DNA of 64,000 nucleotides, taken from Piedraia hortae CBS 480.64. Lineage: Eukaryota. Below are positions 1-11,248 of this stretch, in pieces. The notes beneath the pieces are model-generated. The model was not told the DNA's origin. It saw nothing but the letters and a program-made list of their open reading frames with translations, and searched no databases. The position numbers were made by a program, and so were the translations under genes. Position 1 is the first letter of the stretch; every line of letters starts with the position of its first letter. The stretch is taken from assembly GCA_010093745.1 (NCBI GenBank), contig MU005984.1, positions 62,001 through 126,000 of the forward strand. Direction: 5' to 3'.

Positions 1-376
1 TCGAAACAAAGGTCTTATCAAAGCACCGAGTGAATGTTGGGCCGGGATTATCGCCCAGGATTCGTATCAGCATGATGGCGTTGTAATGTACCCTTGGTGG
101 GGCTCGACTATCAGCGAGATATCGTCGGATCAACTGGGCGGCTCGAGCAGCTGCCGAGGGTGAAGATTCGGCTGCTTCAACAATGACGGGGAGATGCAAT
201 ACTTCATCGCCATTAGGGGAAGATTCACAAAATGATTTGATGGCTCTGCTGGCGTTCGCTTCTGGCGAATCAGGAGCATCTTGACTGCTGTCAAAGCCTA
301 GTTCGGTCAGATACTACGATCAGTCCGTAACTTACTCACTTTGGCCTCTGTTAAGGAAGTTTGAGAAGCGCTTCAT
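1..376 (-). CDS. VHS-domain (LSB5/TOM1-like VHS-GAT) protein, 5' part only; runs off the window start
   Basis: ATG at 376, GT-AG intron 339-298. Spliced translation is MKRFSNFLNRGQSFDSSQDAPDSPEANASRAIKSFCESSPNGDEVLHLPVIVEAAESSPSAAARAAQLIRRYL...VHYNAIMLIRILGDNPGPTFTRCFDKTFVS, clearly paralogous to the adjacent gene. Confidence 0.8.
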
Positions 377-676
377 CCTGGATATGAGCTTGGTTCGCAG
401 GCATCAAAGTTGTGTTCCATAGAGTGAGGCAGCCAGACGCTAAGCTAGTGTTGACGTAAACTGTGACACTATCTTACGTGTGTCCCATCACCCAAGCCCC
501 TCAAAGCCAAACTTCATACAGGTATACATGTAGTGGGGACACTATATATCTAGGCTCAAAGTGAGTCAAGATCAACAGAATCAAGACTTCATTAATTCTC
601 CCTGGAAGAGTTACATTGAATCCAAAACTGCCTTGTTCCCGAGTTTCCAGCCAGCTAGCCGCCACGTATTATTACA

Positions 677-3006
677 TCAGCCACCATAAAACCATCGGAG
701 TGGTGCAGACAAGTAGGCGCCTCGAGTCGTATTCGTAGGACTTGAACGATCACTGGAAGGGCCAGAATTTGGGCTCGTATCTGGAGTCGTTGGGGTTATC
801 GGCTCCTCGGCTGATCTCGCCTTTAGGATGGCTTGGTGATACATGCTCACACTAAGGCTCAGGTCGTTGGTGACATTAACGAGAGCGTCCAGTGTGTCGA
901 TGTCCATATCAAGATTGTCGCAGTCAATATAAATCTGCAGCTCACTGCGTGCCGCCTGACAGTCCCCAACAAGAGCTTTGAACTTAGGTGTTGCCATCAT
1001 CTCCTGGGCAGAAGCATGGTGCAACATACTTCTCATGCAGAATTCCTGTGCTTTAACGTTCTGTATGCGAGCTACTAGTACTTCTCTTGAGGGCAATTGT
1101 GGCCGAAGGGCCTCTTGAGGTGCTTGAGGTGACTGTGGTGGTGGCGGGACATGACTCTGAGGGTCTACACTCTCGAGTGTATCCCTTGGAAAGCATGAAC
1201 TTCCGTTCTGGACATCTGAGCTCGCCATCCCGTCATTGTTCTGTGATTGTGTTGTCTCATCAACTTCCTGAGTGTCGTCCGTCCTAGAAACCTTGCTATC
1301 TACCGGTTGTGCAACAACGGTGACAGACTGAATGTCGTGTTTATCTTCGGATACACGCCTTGCGATTTGGTTTTCCTTTTCATGCTTAGATGCATCGTCT
1401 GCTCTTTCGACTTTGGCCAAAGTTCTCGCCCTCTCTACTTTTTCCTTGGAGTTTGCCTTTTCGCGTCGCCACATCTTAATGAGCACGCGCGCACCCGAGT
1501 CATCTACGCGAGTACACTCAACATGATCCAGAGTATCCCTCAATTGTCGGCGAGTCGACTCATCCGATGTATATCTCCACAGTTTTTTCACAGCCATCAC
1601 AAAGTTTTCGTCAAAGTGGCGCGTGAATGGCGGACCAGGATTATCGCTCAAGATATGGATCAATATAACTGCATAATACTGTACCTGAGGCTCCTCCTGA
1701 TGGTCAGTGAGGTATTCCCTGATTAGCATCGCAGCTTTCTGGGCTGCTAAAGGTGAAGATTCAGCTGCCTCGACAATGCTAGGTAGATGTACAAATTCGT
1801 CAGCGTCAGAGGAAACTTCACAAAACGTTTTGATGGCTTTCACGATGCCGTCTGCAGGATCTTGCATGGTATCATGTTTGGGCTTTTCGCCACGCTGCAA
1901 GTACGGTTTCTGAGGCATGTCGAATATAGGAGACTGCCTCGTGTATGCAGGAGGGGGTGTAGGACTCGGAGCTCGAGAGCTGCTTGGGCCCAATTCGCTG
2001 ACAAGGTTGCTTATCGCGCCCGGTTCTGGCTGGCGGGATCTTAAAGGAATGGATAAAGGAGAGAGATGCCGTGACCGCGGATACGACATTGGGGTTTCAT
2101 CACCCGGCAATTCTTGAGGGAAGTTTGCCGCAAGTTCGGCCGAATACCTTACTGAGGCGTCCAATTCAGCAGTTCTGTCTCGCAACATGGCATCTTGATA
2201 CTTCTTTAGGGCCTCATCCAACATCCCAAAGGCCATGATCAGGTTGCTCATCGTATGGTTGTCGGGAGGAGGATTGTCGCAGTGAATGTAATTGTGAAGG
2301 TTGTTTAAATACTCTCGGCATCGGGCAGCAGATCTCTTGACCGCCATTCGGGCAACAGGTACAGTTGCAATGAGCTGCATGAGGATTTCAGCCTCCCGCT
2401 TTGCATATTCTGTCTTGTCTTTCAATACATGAGAGGAGGGCAGATGCGAGCTGGGTAATTCAGCCATCCAAGGTTCCAGGATGGAGGCTTTAGCCGCCCA
2501 AACAGGAATTAAGAGCTTTCGCTTCTCCTGTTGCCACATTCGAATCATTGCTTGCGCATCCGAATCCTGTGCACAGGTAGTCTCAATGTGATCTAGTGTT
2601 TCGAACAACGCTTGGCGTGTTTCCGTATCACGGGCATACTTGCAGGCTTGCCTCACGTCACTTACGAAGGCCTTGTCGAAACACCTTGCAAAGTGAATCT
2701 CACGAGTGTCAATTAAGCTTTGAATTAGGATAAGAGCTTTGAAACGAGCACCAGCCCGGGCCTTGCCATCATTGAGATTTTGGCGAATCTGTAGAGCAGC
2801 ACACTGAACCAACGCCCATGATGACTTAAGCTCGTCGATAATGGCATCTTCGTTGACTTCAGATCGACAAAAGCCATCGATCGCTCGACAGATATGTGCT
2901 TCGGATGGAGTGGGCCCTTTATTATTGGTGTTAATGCCTATGTGCTCATGAGCTCCTCTTCCTTAGGACATGGTGGTTTCATACCGAGGACCCATCTGAG
3001 AGGCAT
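677..3006 (-). CDS. Protein with two tandem VHS-GAT-like modules (about 760 aa)
   Basis: ORF 677-2812 extends in frame to 2937; predicted intron 2984-2938 (GTATGA..TAG, phase 1) and ATG at 3006. Contains two copies of VHS-like (ILI..L.D....F.R.FD..FV..V) and GAT-like (LPS..VL...YI.CDN) segments. Confidence 0.7.
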
Positions 3007-3644
3007 AGCTCAACAACTTGAATCCCAAAGGGAGCAAAAGACAATGAAGTAGGGAGCGATTGCCCGCGGTTTGGATTGCAAGGCGAAGCTGGTAGCAAGG
3101 ATGACATGCCCCTGCATGAGGCTGAGTACCCATGAGTATTTTCGGCCCCTGGAAGGATTTGGAATCCGAATGCTGCAGTCATCAGGCTGCCGATAGTAAG
3201 CAGCATACTTTTCGGCCCCCCTGGGCTGGGCCGAGGCACGAGCGAGGTGTTGAACTCAACACGTCGTTCTTATACCAAACAAGTTCCTATCAAAGACCTG
3301 GCTAATGTCTTTGCACTTTTGCTTTGCAAGCCAATGTAATGCCACTACTAGGAAGATGAGGTAATGTTCAGCTTCAAAAGGGTTGTTTCCTTCACCCAAC
3401 CAGATAGGTCGCTACAGAGTGAGAGGCTGTAAGCATTGATGCGACTTGTAGGCATTGATATCCATTCCTTGCATACACCAAGGCGCGCCCCTTGCACTGG
3501 AGATGGCAAATGCATTGCTCAGTGAGGCAGCGAGCGCGCCAAAGCACGTTACGTCGAGCTGTCAACGGCCCGGTCCGTCCCCCAACATCACGTGCTACAC
3601 ATGGTGCAGTTCGACTTTTTTTGATCCGCACCATCGCTACAGTT

Positions 3645-5681
3645 ATGGCACCCGAGCAAGACGACGACTTTATCTACACCATTTATGACGATGACGTCAG
3701 CTCAGATGAGGAAGCTGTAGAGGTGGAGCAGGAAGAAACCCCCAAGCAAACTACAGGGCAGAAACGGCAAAATGAAGAGGCGCATGGGCCGGAAAAATCC
3801 AAGAAGCGGCGAGGTAACGGCGATGAAGTAGTGTCAGACAACGGGGAAAAAATAGACTTGGGATTCGACTTCGATGCGTCGAGTCGCGCTGTTAAGGCAC
3901 TACCTGCTCCCGGCCAAAGCTTTGATCGCATTGATGAGATTGTTGAACGCATGAAGAAGAGCAAAGAGGCGAACTTACCGGTTGCAGAAAATGGCAATTT
4001 GGAGGAGGGCAAAGAGGAAGATGGAGGCGATGCACCGGGTGACATGGAAAGCGACGCCGGGACTGCTGGGGAGGAAGACGGTGATGCTGAGGAGGCCGAT
4101 GAGGTTGAAAAGGAAAAAGAATACCGTTTTTTCGCCCCTTCTTTTGAGCTAGCAGATCCAGGTGCGTCCTTTGCCGCCATGTCGCTCTCTCGAAGCGTCT
4201 TGAAGGGGCTCTCTGAGGTTAGGTTCAACGAACCCACGCCTATACAGCGGAAAGCCATTCCTGTAGCTCTCCAAGGCAAAGACATTGTGGGCGGTGCCGT
4301 GACGGGATCCGGCAAAACTGCCGCCTTCCTTGTTCCCATTATTGAGCGGCTTCTGCACCGTCCGACTAGGGAGGCAGTGACTCGTGTTGCCATTCTCTTG
4401 CCTACGCGGGAGCTGGCTTTGCAGTGTCTGGAAGTAGGCAAGAAATTAGCAACGTACACAGACATCACCTTTGGTCGGGCAATCGGTGGCCTCAACCAAC
4501 GTGTCCAGGAAAAGGAGCTCAAACAGCGGCCGGACATAGTGGTAGCCACCACGGGTCGTTTCATCGATTTCATGCACAATGGGAACGTGTTGCACGTCGA
4601 TCGCCTAGAAATTCTTGTTCTAGACGAAGCAGATCGGATGCTGGACCAGGGCTTTGAGGATCAGCTTAACGAGATCCTGAAGACAATTCCTCGCAGCCGA
4701 CAGACGATGCTATTCTCCGCTACTATGACGTCCAAAGTAGACGATCTTGTGCGAGCCGGACTGCATCAGCCGGTGCGTATAATGGTAGATGCGCAAAAGG
4801 CAAGTGCACCGGGCCTTGTACAAGAATTTGTACGCCTTCGTCCGGGAAAAGAGGCTTTCAGACTGGGCTACTTGATGCATCTCTGTTCATCCGTTCACCA
4901 GCAGCGAGCAATTGTCTTTTTCCGCCAGAAAAAGGAGGCCCATCGTGTGCGGGTGTTGTTTGCGCTCTGCGGTATATCTGCTGCCGAGCTACACGGGGGT
5001 GTGAGCCAGGAGCAACGAAATCGAGCCGTTGAAGCCTTTCGTTCTGGCCAAGTTCGTATCTTGCTTGCCACTGATCTCGCCTCTCGTGGTCTCGATGTGC
5101 GTGGAATCGAGGCTGTGATCAATTATGAAGCACCACAGTCTCTCGAGATCTATTTGCATCGTGTCGGGCGCACAGCACGTGCTGGTAATCGTGGTGTTGC
5201 CTGCACGCTAGCTGCAGAGTCTGACAGAAAGATTGTCCGCCAAGCCATTAAATCTGCGCGAGCAAATAGCGCCAAGGTGGCCAGTCGTTCGGTCGACCCG
5301 CGGGTGGCAGAGGAATGGCAAGAACGCTGCGACAAGCTTGCTGAGACTGTTGATGCTGTTCTGCGTGAGGAGAAAGCCGAGGCGATGCTGCAAGATACCG
5401 AAAGAGAGGTTACTCGAGCGGAGAACCTTGTTGTATACAAGAAGGAGATTGAATCGCGGCCAAAGAAGACATGGTTTATGAGCGAAAAGGAGAAACTTGC
5501 GGCAAAAAAGAAGGGGGCTTTGGCCCTGAATGGGCCTCAAGATACCAACGAAGATGCCGACAAGAGTGGAAAGAAGAAGAAGGTGAAGGTGAAGCTCAGT
5601 GGAAAGAAGAAGAGGAAGTTGATGAGCAAGGATGAATTTAAGGATGGCACAGCCTCGAAAAAAAAGCAGAGAAAAAGGTAG
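3645..5681 (+). CDS. DRS1: DEAD-box ATP-dependent RNA helicase DRS1/DDX27 (60S biogenesis)
   Basis: Q motif PTPIQ, GAVTGSGKTAAF, PTRELA, LDEADRML, SAT, YLHRVGRTARAG, the DRS1-type SRPKKTWF segment, acidic N-terminus and Lys-rich tail; first ATG at 3645. Confidence 0.93.
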   Translation: MAPEQDDDFIYTIYDDDVSSDEEAVEVEQEETPKQTTGQKRQNEEAHGPEKSKKRRGNGDEVVSDNGEKIDLGFDFDASSRAVKALPAPGQSFDRIDEIVERMKKSKEANLPVAENGNLEEGKEEDGGDAPGDMESDAGTAGEEDGDAEEADEVEKEKEYRFFAPSFELADPGASFAAMSLSRSVLKGLSEVRFNEPTPIQRKAIPVALQGKDIVGGAVTGSGKTAAFLVPIIERLLHRPTREAVTRVAILLPTRELALQCLEVGKKLATYTDITFGRAIGGLNQRVQEKELKQRPDIVVATTGRFIDFMHNGNVLHVDRLEILVLDEADRMLDQGFEDQLNEILKTIPRSRQTMLFSATMTSKVDDLVRAGLHQPVRIMVDAQKASAPGLVQEFVRLRPGKEAFRLGYLMHLCSSVHQQRAIVFFRQKKEAHRVRVLFALCGISAAELHGGVSQEQRNRAVEAFRSGQVRILLATDLASRGLDVRGIEAVINYEAPQSLEIYLHRVGRTARAGNRGVACTLAAESDRKIVRQAIKSARANSAKVASRSVDPRVAEEWQERCDKLAETVDAVLREEKAEAMLQDTEREVTRAENLVVYKKEIESRPKKTWFMSEKEKLAAKKKGALALNGPQDTNEDADKSGKKKKVKVKLSGKKKRKLMSKDEFKDGTASKKKQRKR

Positions 5682-5980
5682 GCATGCTACAATATCCAGA
5701 ATTAAATGTAGCTGCCGAACGAAAACCCCATGCGTACGACTCACGCCTTGATTGATGGTGCAATGAATCCAGTCCAGGTTGCTGCCTGCTGAGGCTGGTT
5801 CAGTTTGGCGGCAGAGCCAAGAATGTGGGATTGCACACGTGCACGCTAGCTGAATTGTGGCCACAACTAAGTTCAAAGTAGTTGAACAAATTGAAAGCTT
5901 ACGATCAACGGACATGAATATAATCGAACATTCATTCTATGTGATAATCATATCTTCATCATGGACTCACCACATTCCGT

Positions 5981-8206
5981 TCAAAGTCCGAGCCCTTCAA
6001 GGTCCAAAACATTCCATCCGCGTCCACCTTTCTCAAAGACCATTGCAACTTGCTTCCCGATCCTCCCTCCAACAATTAACATCTCGGGAACAAAGTCCGT
6101 AAATTGGTGAACAGTCTTACTTCCCTTGCTCGCAAAAGAATTCTGCTGAAGTGTGAATGCCTTCTCTTTCTCAACCAAAGCAAGACAGCCATCATCGTAG
6201 AACTTGGCATCAATCGCATTGTCCACAGGAAACGTGTCCGAGACCTCGTCTGTGCCAAGGATGCACATGTCTACTTTACCTTCACAAAGCATCAAGACCT
6301 CTACAAGCTCATCCTTCACTCTCAGATCTTTAACGTCCCCTTTCAAGTGAACAGACACATTGGTAGGGGCAGCCAACATGCTACCCTGCCACTGAGCAAT
6401 TTGATCCATGGCCGAACGGACTGATCCCGCCAGGACAGCCGCAAGGGCCGGAATATTCAGCAGTGCTTTGATAGAGCCCAATTCGTCCCAGGGAATTCTC
6501 CCCTCCCTGTCTTCATCATGTTCCCTCACTTTTAGAAGCAAGTCCTTTGCATTTCCGTATCCCATGGCGTTAACGATTCCATTGCTCCAAAATTCCTGCT
6601 CGCTACATGAGCCCTTGAAATCATCGAGTTGACAAACGAAGCCGCGCGCACCCTTCTCCTCCTGACCCATTGTATCCGACATGTACGCAAGCACATGGCC
6701 ATAATCAAGCAGTGGCAACTCGCGGTCTTCCATTTCCGCAGCACTCTTGCCGCCAGGACCCGCAATGGCGACTTCAATCATGACTTTGAGCCACTTTGCA
6801 AACGCCCGCCATTGTCCGTACTCGTCAATTACGGCGAGGAGCATTTTGTGCGCTGCAAGTCGCAGGGAATCCACCAAGTCTATGATTCGGGAAAAAGTGT
6901 CTGCTTGGACAGAGAACTGCTGCGTTTCTACCAATGGAGCAAGGGCATGGGCGGTGGCCCAGCCACGCAGGGTGGACGCAGCCATGGCAATGCGGTCAAG
7001 GGCTGGGATAAGGTTGATAAAGACGTGGTTCTGCACGTGTGAGTACATGCCGCTGATGGCCGCGTCCCACCGTTTGTAGTTTGTGTCTTTGACTATGTCT
7101 GTGAGCCATTCGAGCGTTGCGTCACTAAAGTCACCCGTCATGGCGAGGTTGTACAGGTTCAGAGCTACGGACCCGAGTCCCCTTTCGTTGAGCTCTGTGG
7201 CAAAGTTGTGGAGGAGTCGGGTTGGAAACTGCAGTCCGGCGGTGAAATCGTGTTGTATGCAGCGAATCGTCTGCAGCACGTAGGCAAGAAAGTTCTGGAT
7301 GCGTTTGGTGTTCGTGGTTAAGATGGGTAGGAAAGACCCGCTAAGCATATCCATGGGAAGAGTAAGAGAGGAACGAATGAGCTGGCCATCATCACGGCGG
7401 CTTAGAATCGTGTGTATTGGATTTGCAGGGTGTGCGGCATGCAGGATCGGGTGTCCTTCTATTTGACACGATCCAACCATGACTGTGTCATCTTGCAAGA
7501 CCTGTATATGGCCATCTTTGCCGCAGAGTAAAAGGCAGTCCACATGATCGGATTTGGCATCTTTTTGGGGCTCAAAAATGCTGTCCATGGCAGCCTGGGA
7601 AGTGAATTTGCTTCCATCTGGTCCTAGACGAGCACCGTGGGACGAAAGAGCGCTCAGCCGGGGTAGACTTGTGGTTACATCCAAGGATGAGATGCTCCGC
7701 GCCAGCCTAGTTGCTGCTTGCGCATCGCCAGAGTCTGGTGCTGAAAACTCTTCAATGGAAGAAACGTTCACCTTGTTCTTCTTCGTACAATGTACCATCC
7801 ACCCGACCAGCCCAATGACCGTTCTTTCAGTCTCACCATCACTGTCGTCGTCTTCCCAGTCGGGTGTTATGTCCAGTTTCCAGGCTTTGCCTGTACCTTC
7901 CTCTTTGGTCGATGTTTGTGACAAAAGCTTTCCGTTTTCACCCGAGTGAAGGCCGCAAGTGCCATCGCTCCAGCCCACGGCGAGTAAAGTACCATTTTCC
8001 TTCCAGGACACGGCTGTGATGTCAACATGCTCGTCTTTCCGGCGAACGGCAAACACCAACTGTCCGTTGATGCGATAGACAATCACATCATGTCCTTCTG
8101 TGACAATGGCCACGAGGTCACGCAAGTCGCAGTATGCTACTAACTCGCTCAAGACGCCGTGAGAGAGTTGCTTTTCAGACAGCAATGGCAAGCTACCACT
8201 GGCCAT
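5981..8206 (-). CDS. APC4: Anaphase-promoting complex subunit 4 (Apc4/Cut20)
   Basis: N-terminal ANAPC4_WD40-like segment (DLVAIV..VYRING...SWKENGTLLAVGWSDG), helical Apc4 domain (LYNLAMTG..LEWL..KRWDAAIS) and AFAKWLK. Confidence 0.88.
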   Translation of the reverse strand: MASGSLPLLSEKQLSHGVLSELVAYCDLRDLVAIVTEGHDVIVYRINGQLVFAVRRKDEHVDITAVSWKENGTLLAVGWSDGTCGLHSGENGKLLSQTSTKEEGTGKAWKLDITPDWEDDDSDGETERTVIGLVGWMVHCTKKNKVNVSSIEEFSAPDSGDAQAATRLARSISSLDVTTSLPRLSALSSHGARLGPDGSKFTSQAAMDSIFEPQKDAKSDHVDCLLLCGKDGHIQVLQDDTVMVGSCQIEGHPILHAAHPANPIHTILSRRDDGQLIRSSLTLPMDMLSGSFLPILTTNTKRIQNFLAYVLQTIRCIQHDFTAGLQFPTRLLHNFATELNERGLGSVALNLYNLAMTGDFSDATLEWLTDIVKDTNYKRWDAAISGMYSHVQNHVFINLIPALDRIAMAASTLRGWATAHALAPLVETQQFSVQADTFSRIIDLVDSLRLAAHKMLLAVIDEYGQWRAFAKWLKVMIEVAIAGPGGKSAAEMEDRELPLLDYGHVLAYMSDTMGQEEKGARGFVCQLDDFKGSCSEQEFWSNGIVNAMGYGNAKDLLLKVREHDEDREGRIPWDELGSIKALLNIPALAAVLAGSVRSAMDQIAQWQGSMLAAPTNVSVHLKGDVKDLRVKDELVEVLMLCEGKVDMCILGTDEVSDTFPVDNAIDAKFYDDGCLALVEKEKAFTLQQNSFASKGSKTVHQFTDFVPEMLIVGGRIGKQVAMVFEKGGRGWNVLDLEGLGL

Positions 8207-8270
8207 CGTGACCTCTACCGCACCGCAAAGTGCCAGCTTCTGCGCTTGTTTTGCGAATGCGTCACATAAG

Positions 8271-8276
8271 ACGCGT
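8271..8276. promoter_or_regulatory. MCB-like box (ACGCGT) about 65 bp upstream of APC4
   Basis: Exact ACGCGT in the proximal promoter of a cell-cycle gene; function inferred only. Confidence 0.35.
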
Positions 8277-8529
8277 CAAATTTGGAGAAATCTCTGGATA
8301 CAGTATGCACATGAACTCACGGGATCCACTTATGAACTAGCTAACGCAACGCCAAACTCCAGAAACTAACTCCAAAGCTCCAAACCGGATGAAACCGGAG
8401 GAAATTCTGGGTATATAAAGTGACTGGTTGCCTCAAGTCAAAGCCTCGAGCCGCCAAGAATGGGCCAGGCATGAAAGTCAAAGCAAAGGAACGCTGTACA
8501 GGTTAGCAATACTCACCTCGTGGCCAACA

Positions 8530-10759
8530 TTAGCTCGGCCGTGACTTCTTGGAATTGTGTTTGTTGTCGTCGCCCTCTTCGGAACACTCAAAGGGGCGTT
8601 TACCGAGGGGCGAGTCAAGTTTTGTCTGAGTCGTTTTAGCTGGAACATTTGCTGTTGTTGGGTACGGGATTTCATCCTCGTCATCGTCAAAGTCGATGAT
8701 GTCTTCGGCATATTTCTGCTGCAGTTCTTGGGCTTCATCAACATCCTCTTCACCGTCAAAGTCGAGGAGGTCATTTCCCGAAGTCTCATTGGACCCAATC
8801 TTAGTATGCTCTGCTGGTGTGTCAAAGACGTCAATAGCGCTCTGGTAAAGCTCGACCTCCTCGTCGGGCAAGTCTTGGTGCGTATGCTCATCTGCATACT
8901 CTACGCCCTGGGGGTATTCTGGCGCCTTGGCGTCGTCGTGAACTTGTGGTTGGGCAGAATCATCCGTACGCCGGTTGGCGTTGGTGGTGGTGAGATGCTC
9001 CTCAACGCCAGTGTACATGTCAGTGGACCCGGGTTGTGGAACGTGCAAGCCATCGTCTTCCTCATGGTGTTCTACGTTGGTCCTAGAACCATGGCCGTCG
9101 GAGATATGGGTCACCGGCTCGTCACCGAGGAAGATGATGGACTCGTCATCATGCTCACCACTAATCACTGCATTCTCGCCTCCGGCCTGATTGTCATTGA
9201 CAGTATCATCAGCCTTGAAAACCGCAGTACGAATGTCAGCAATCGGTGGTGCCTGCGCCTCAGGCTCGACAGCTGCGACTTCTATATGCGAGACTGCTGA
9301 CTGTCCTTCCAAGACTTTCACTCCAACAGTCGAGACGCCCTCGAGCTGGGACGCTTCACTTTGAAGCTCAGCATGCTCAACCTCGTCTTTGGCCGAATCC
9401 TCAAACCATACTTCATGCAACGTAGCATCTTGATCTGGTTCATACGCACGCTCACGCAGTGGATTTTCACCAAACGAATCGACCCCGTCATTGTAGTAAG
9501 CATCATGGTCTTCAGCATTATTCTGTTCATCCAATTCACTGTCATCGGGAGGCAACAGACTCGACATGCCCTGGCCAAGCTCCACAGCCTGCTTCAGAAA
9601 AGCAAAATGGGAAATAAATGGGTCTTGGGCAAGAGTGAGAGACAAGCAGGGAGCGTCGCCTGTATCATCATTCTGATGCAACTTCAGGTAAATCTCGAGC
9701 ACGTCGTGCAGGGAATACTGAAATGCAGCACTAGAGGTCTGTGAATGATTAGTAAAGATTTCAAGACTGCAAAGGGAGATTACATACCTCACTGACAGAT
9801 AGGCCCAGAGACCCAAAGGCCAGGTTCGTGTCGAATTCTTCAGAAAAACTACCTATTCTCCGCACAAGTTTCTTTTTACAATGGCGGATAAGCTCATTCA
9901 AACTCAAGTTGGCAAGGTTATCATCAGTGAGTAAGCCGTTAATCTGATGTTTAGACTTGAACAAGGGTAATGTGAGCTCGCCACAGCAAATGATCATGGG
10001 ATGGAGACCAGTATCTGTTGGAGACCCAGGAGTTTCAGCAGGATTATCGGGCGTTCGACAAACGGGCAGTGAGAACTGCTTCGTTTCCGAATCTGTCCAG
10101 AGCCTCTGCTGATCATCGCTGTGGTGTTTCTGCACATCTTCTCCTTCTCTGGAGGCGCCCTCACCATCACCACGTTTATGAGATGGTTGGACTTCGTCAG
10201 AGTGCGCACGAGAATCAGTAATCCCAATTTCATGTCCTTCTTGGCGCACGTCGCTGTGATCACTAATGTTCGCCACTTCGGTCCGGGGTGGGGAACTGTG
10301 CTGCTCGGGGGTGAGCGTCCGCAACCTGCTTTCTAAAGCAGGCGCGGGTGGCGTCGTCTCCCGCTTCTCAATTTCTGGCAGAGTCATTCCCGCCTCGGTC
10401 ATGGTGCGCAAAGCCATTCCTTGCTGGATAAGTGCCTCAGTCAGCGGATCGTCTTCGAAATCAATCAGCTCCTCGTCCTCTACAGTCGCTTCGTTTGCAG
10501 CTTCATCCATGGCCTCTTGCATCATGGTTTCATCAGCCGGCTCATCGTCGTCGTACATGACGTCGTCGACATCCGCCATGGGTTGCGTGGGCTCGCTGTC
10601 GGTGAGCATGCGCTCGCCTTCAGCCTCGTTGCAATTCTCAGCTTCATCAAAGTCAAGGACAATTTCATCATGATCAGACTGCCTGCCTGGCGAAGACAGG
10701 TCCATGCTGTCGTCGGGAAGACAGGGTATGGATAATGCGGAGAAGGCAGTCGCCGCCAT
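8530..10759 (-). CDS. Large acidic protein with a central DUF2420 (Rmr1-like) domain
   Basis: Two ORFs joined by intron 9787-9739 (GTATGT..CTAAT..CAG). Central segment HPMII..LPLF...NLANLSLNELIRHCK...SLGLSVSE/TSS..SLHDVLEIYLKLHQND..CLSLTL with D/E-rich flanks. Confidence 0.7.
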
Positions 10760-11248
10760 GACTGCCGTACTGCGTTACAAACCGCACAGAGAGAACTCAG
10801 TACGTGTGGCAAGGGGCGTCAGATACTGGAGCGTGGTCAAAGTGGGGCCTAAATCGAGCGTGCGAATAACCAAAAGTGCGAGAGTGAAAGGTGCAGAAAT
10901 CAAATCAAATCGGAAATGGACGAGTACTGAAGAGGGCCGTTCCCCTTCCCAACAGCCAATCAAATTCCTGCTTTGGAACGCCAAGCATTACGTAATTCTC
11001 CTGTGCTAAGCTGTAACGAAAGCCACACTTGGCCAGTCTGGTAGCCCCAAGGTGGAGCGGCCTGTTCACCCGACTATTCCTCTACTCACAAAGTTGCTTC
11101 TGGTAACAGCTTGGGTGACTAACTGCTTCATCAGGAAATTTGAGGACAGCCACAACCGCGGAGAAGTGAGGCTAATCAAATCACGTGACCCGGGGGCCCA
11201 ACTTCCACGTAGCACGTTCAGTCGCAGAGTTGCATAGCGGGATAGAAA

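Noticed and set aside
4546..4560. DRS1 motif Ib reads TTGR rather than TPGR
   Set aside because: A single substitution with all other motifs intact; not evidence of altered function.
3683..4579. 298-aa antisense ORF over DRS1, and similar shadow ORFs over APC4, IKS1, RSE1 and the dehydrin-like gene
   Set aside because: Antisense shadows of well-supported genes in GC-rich coding DNA, with no independent motifs.
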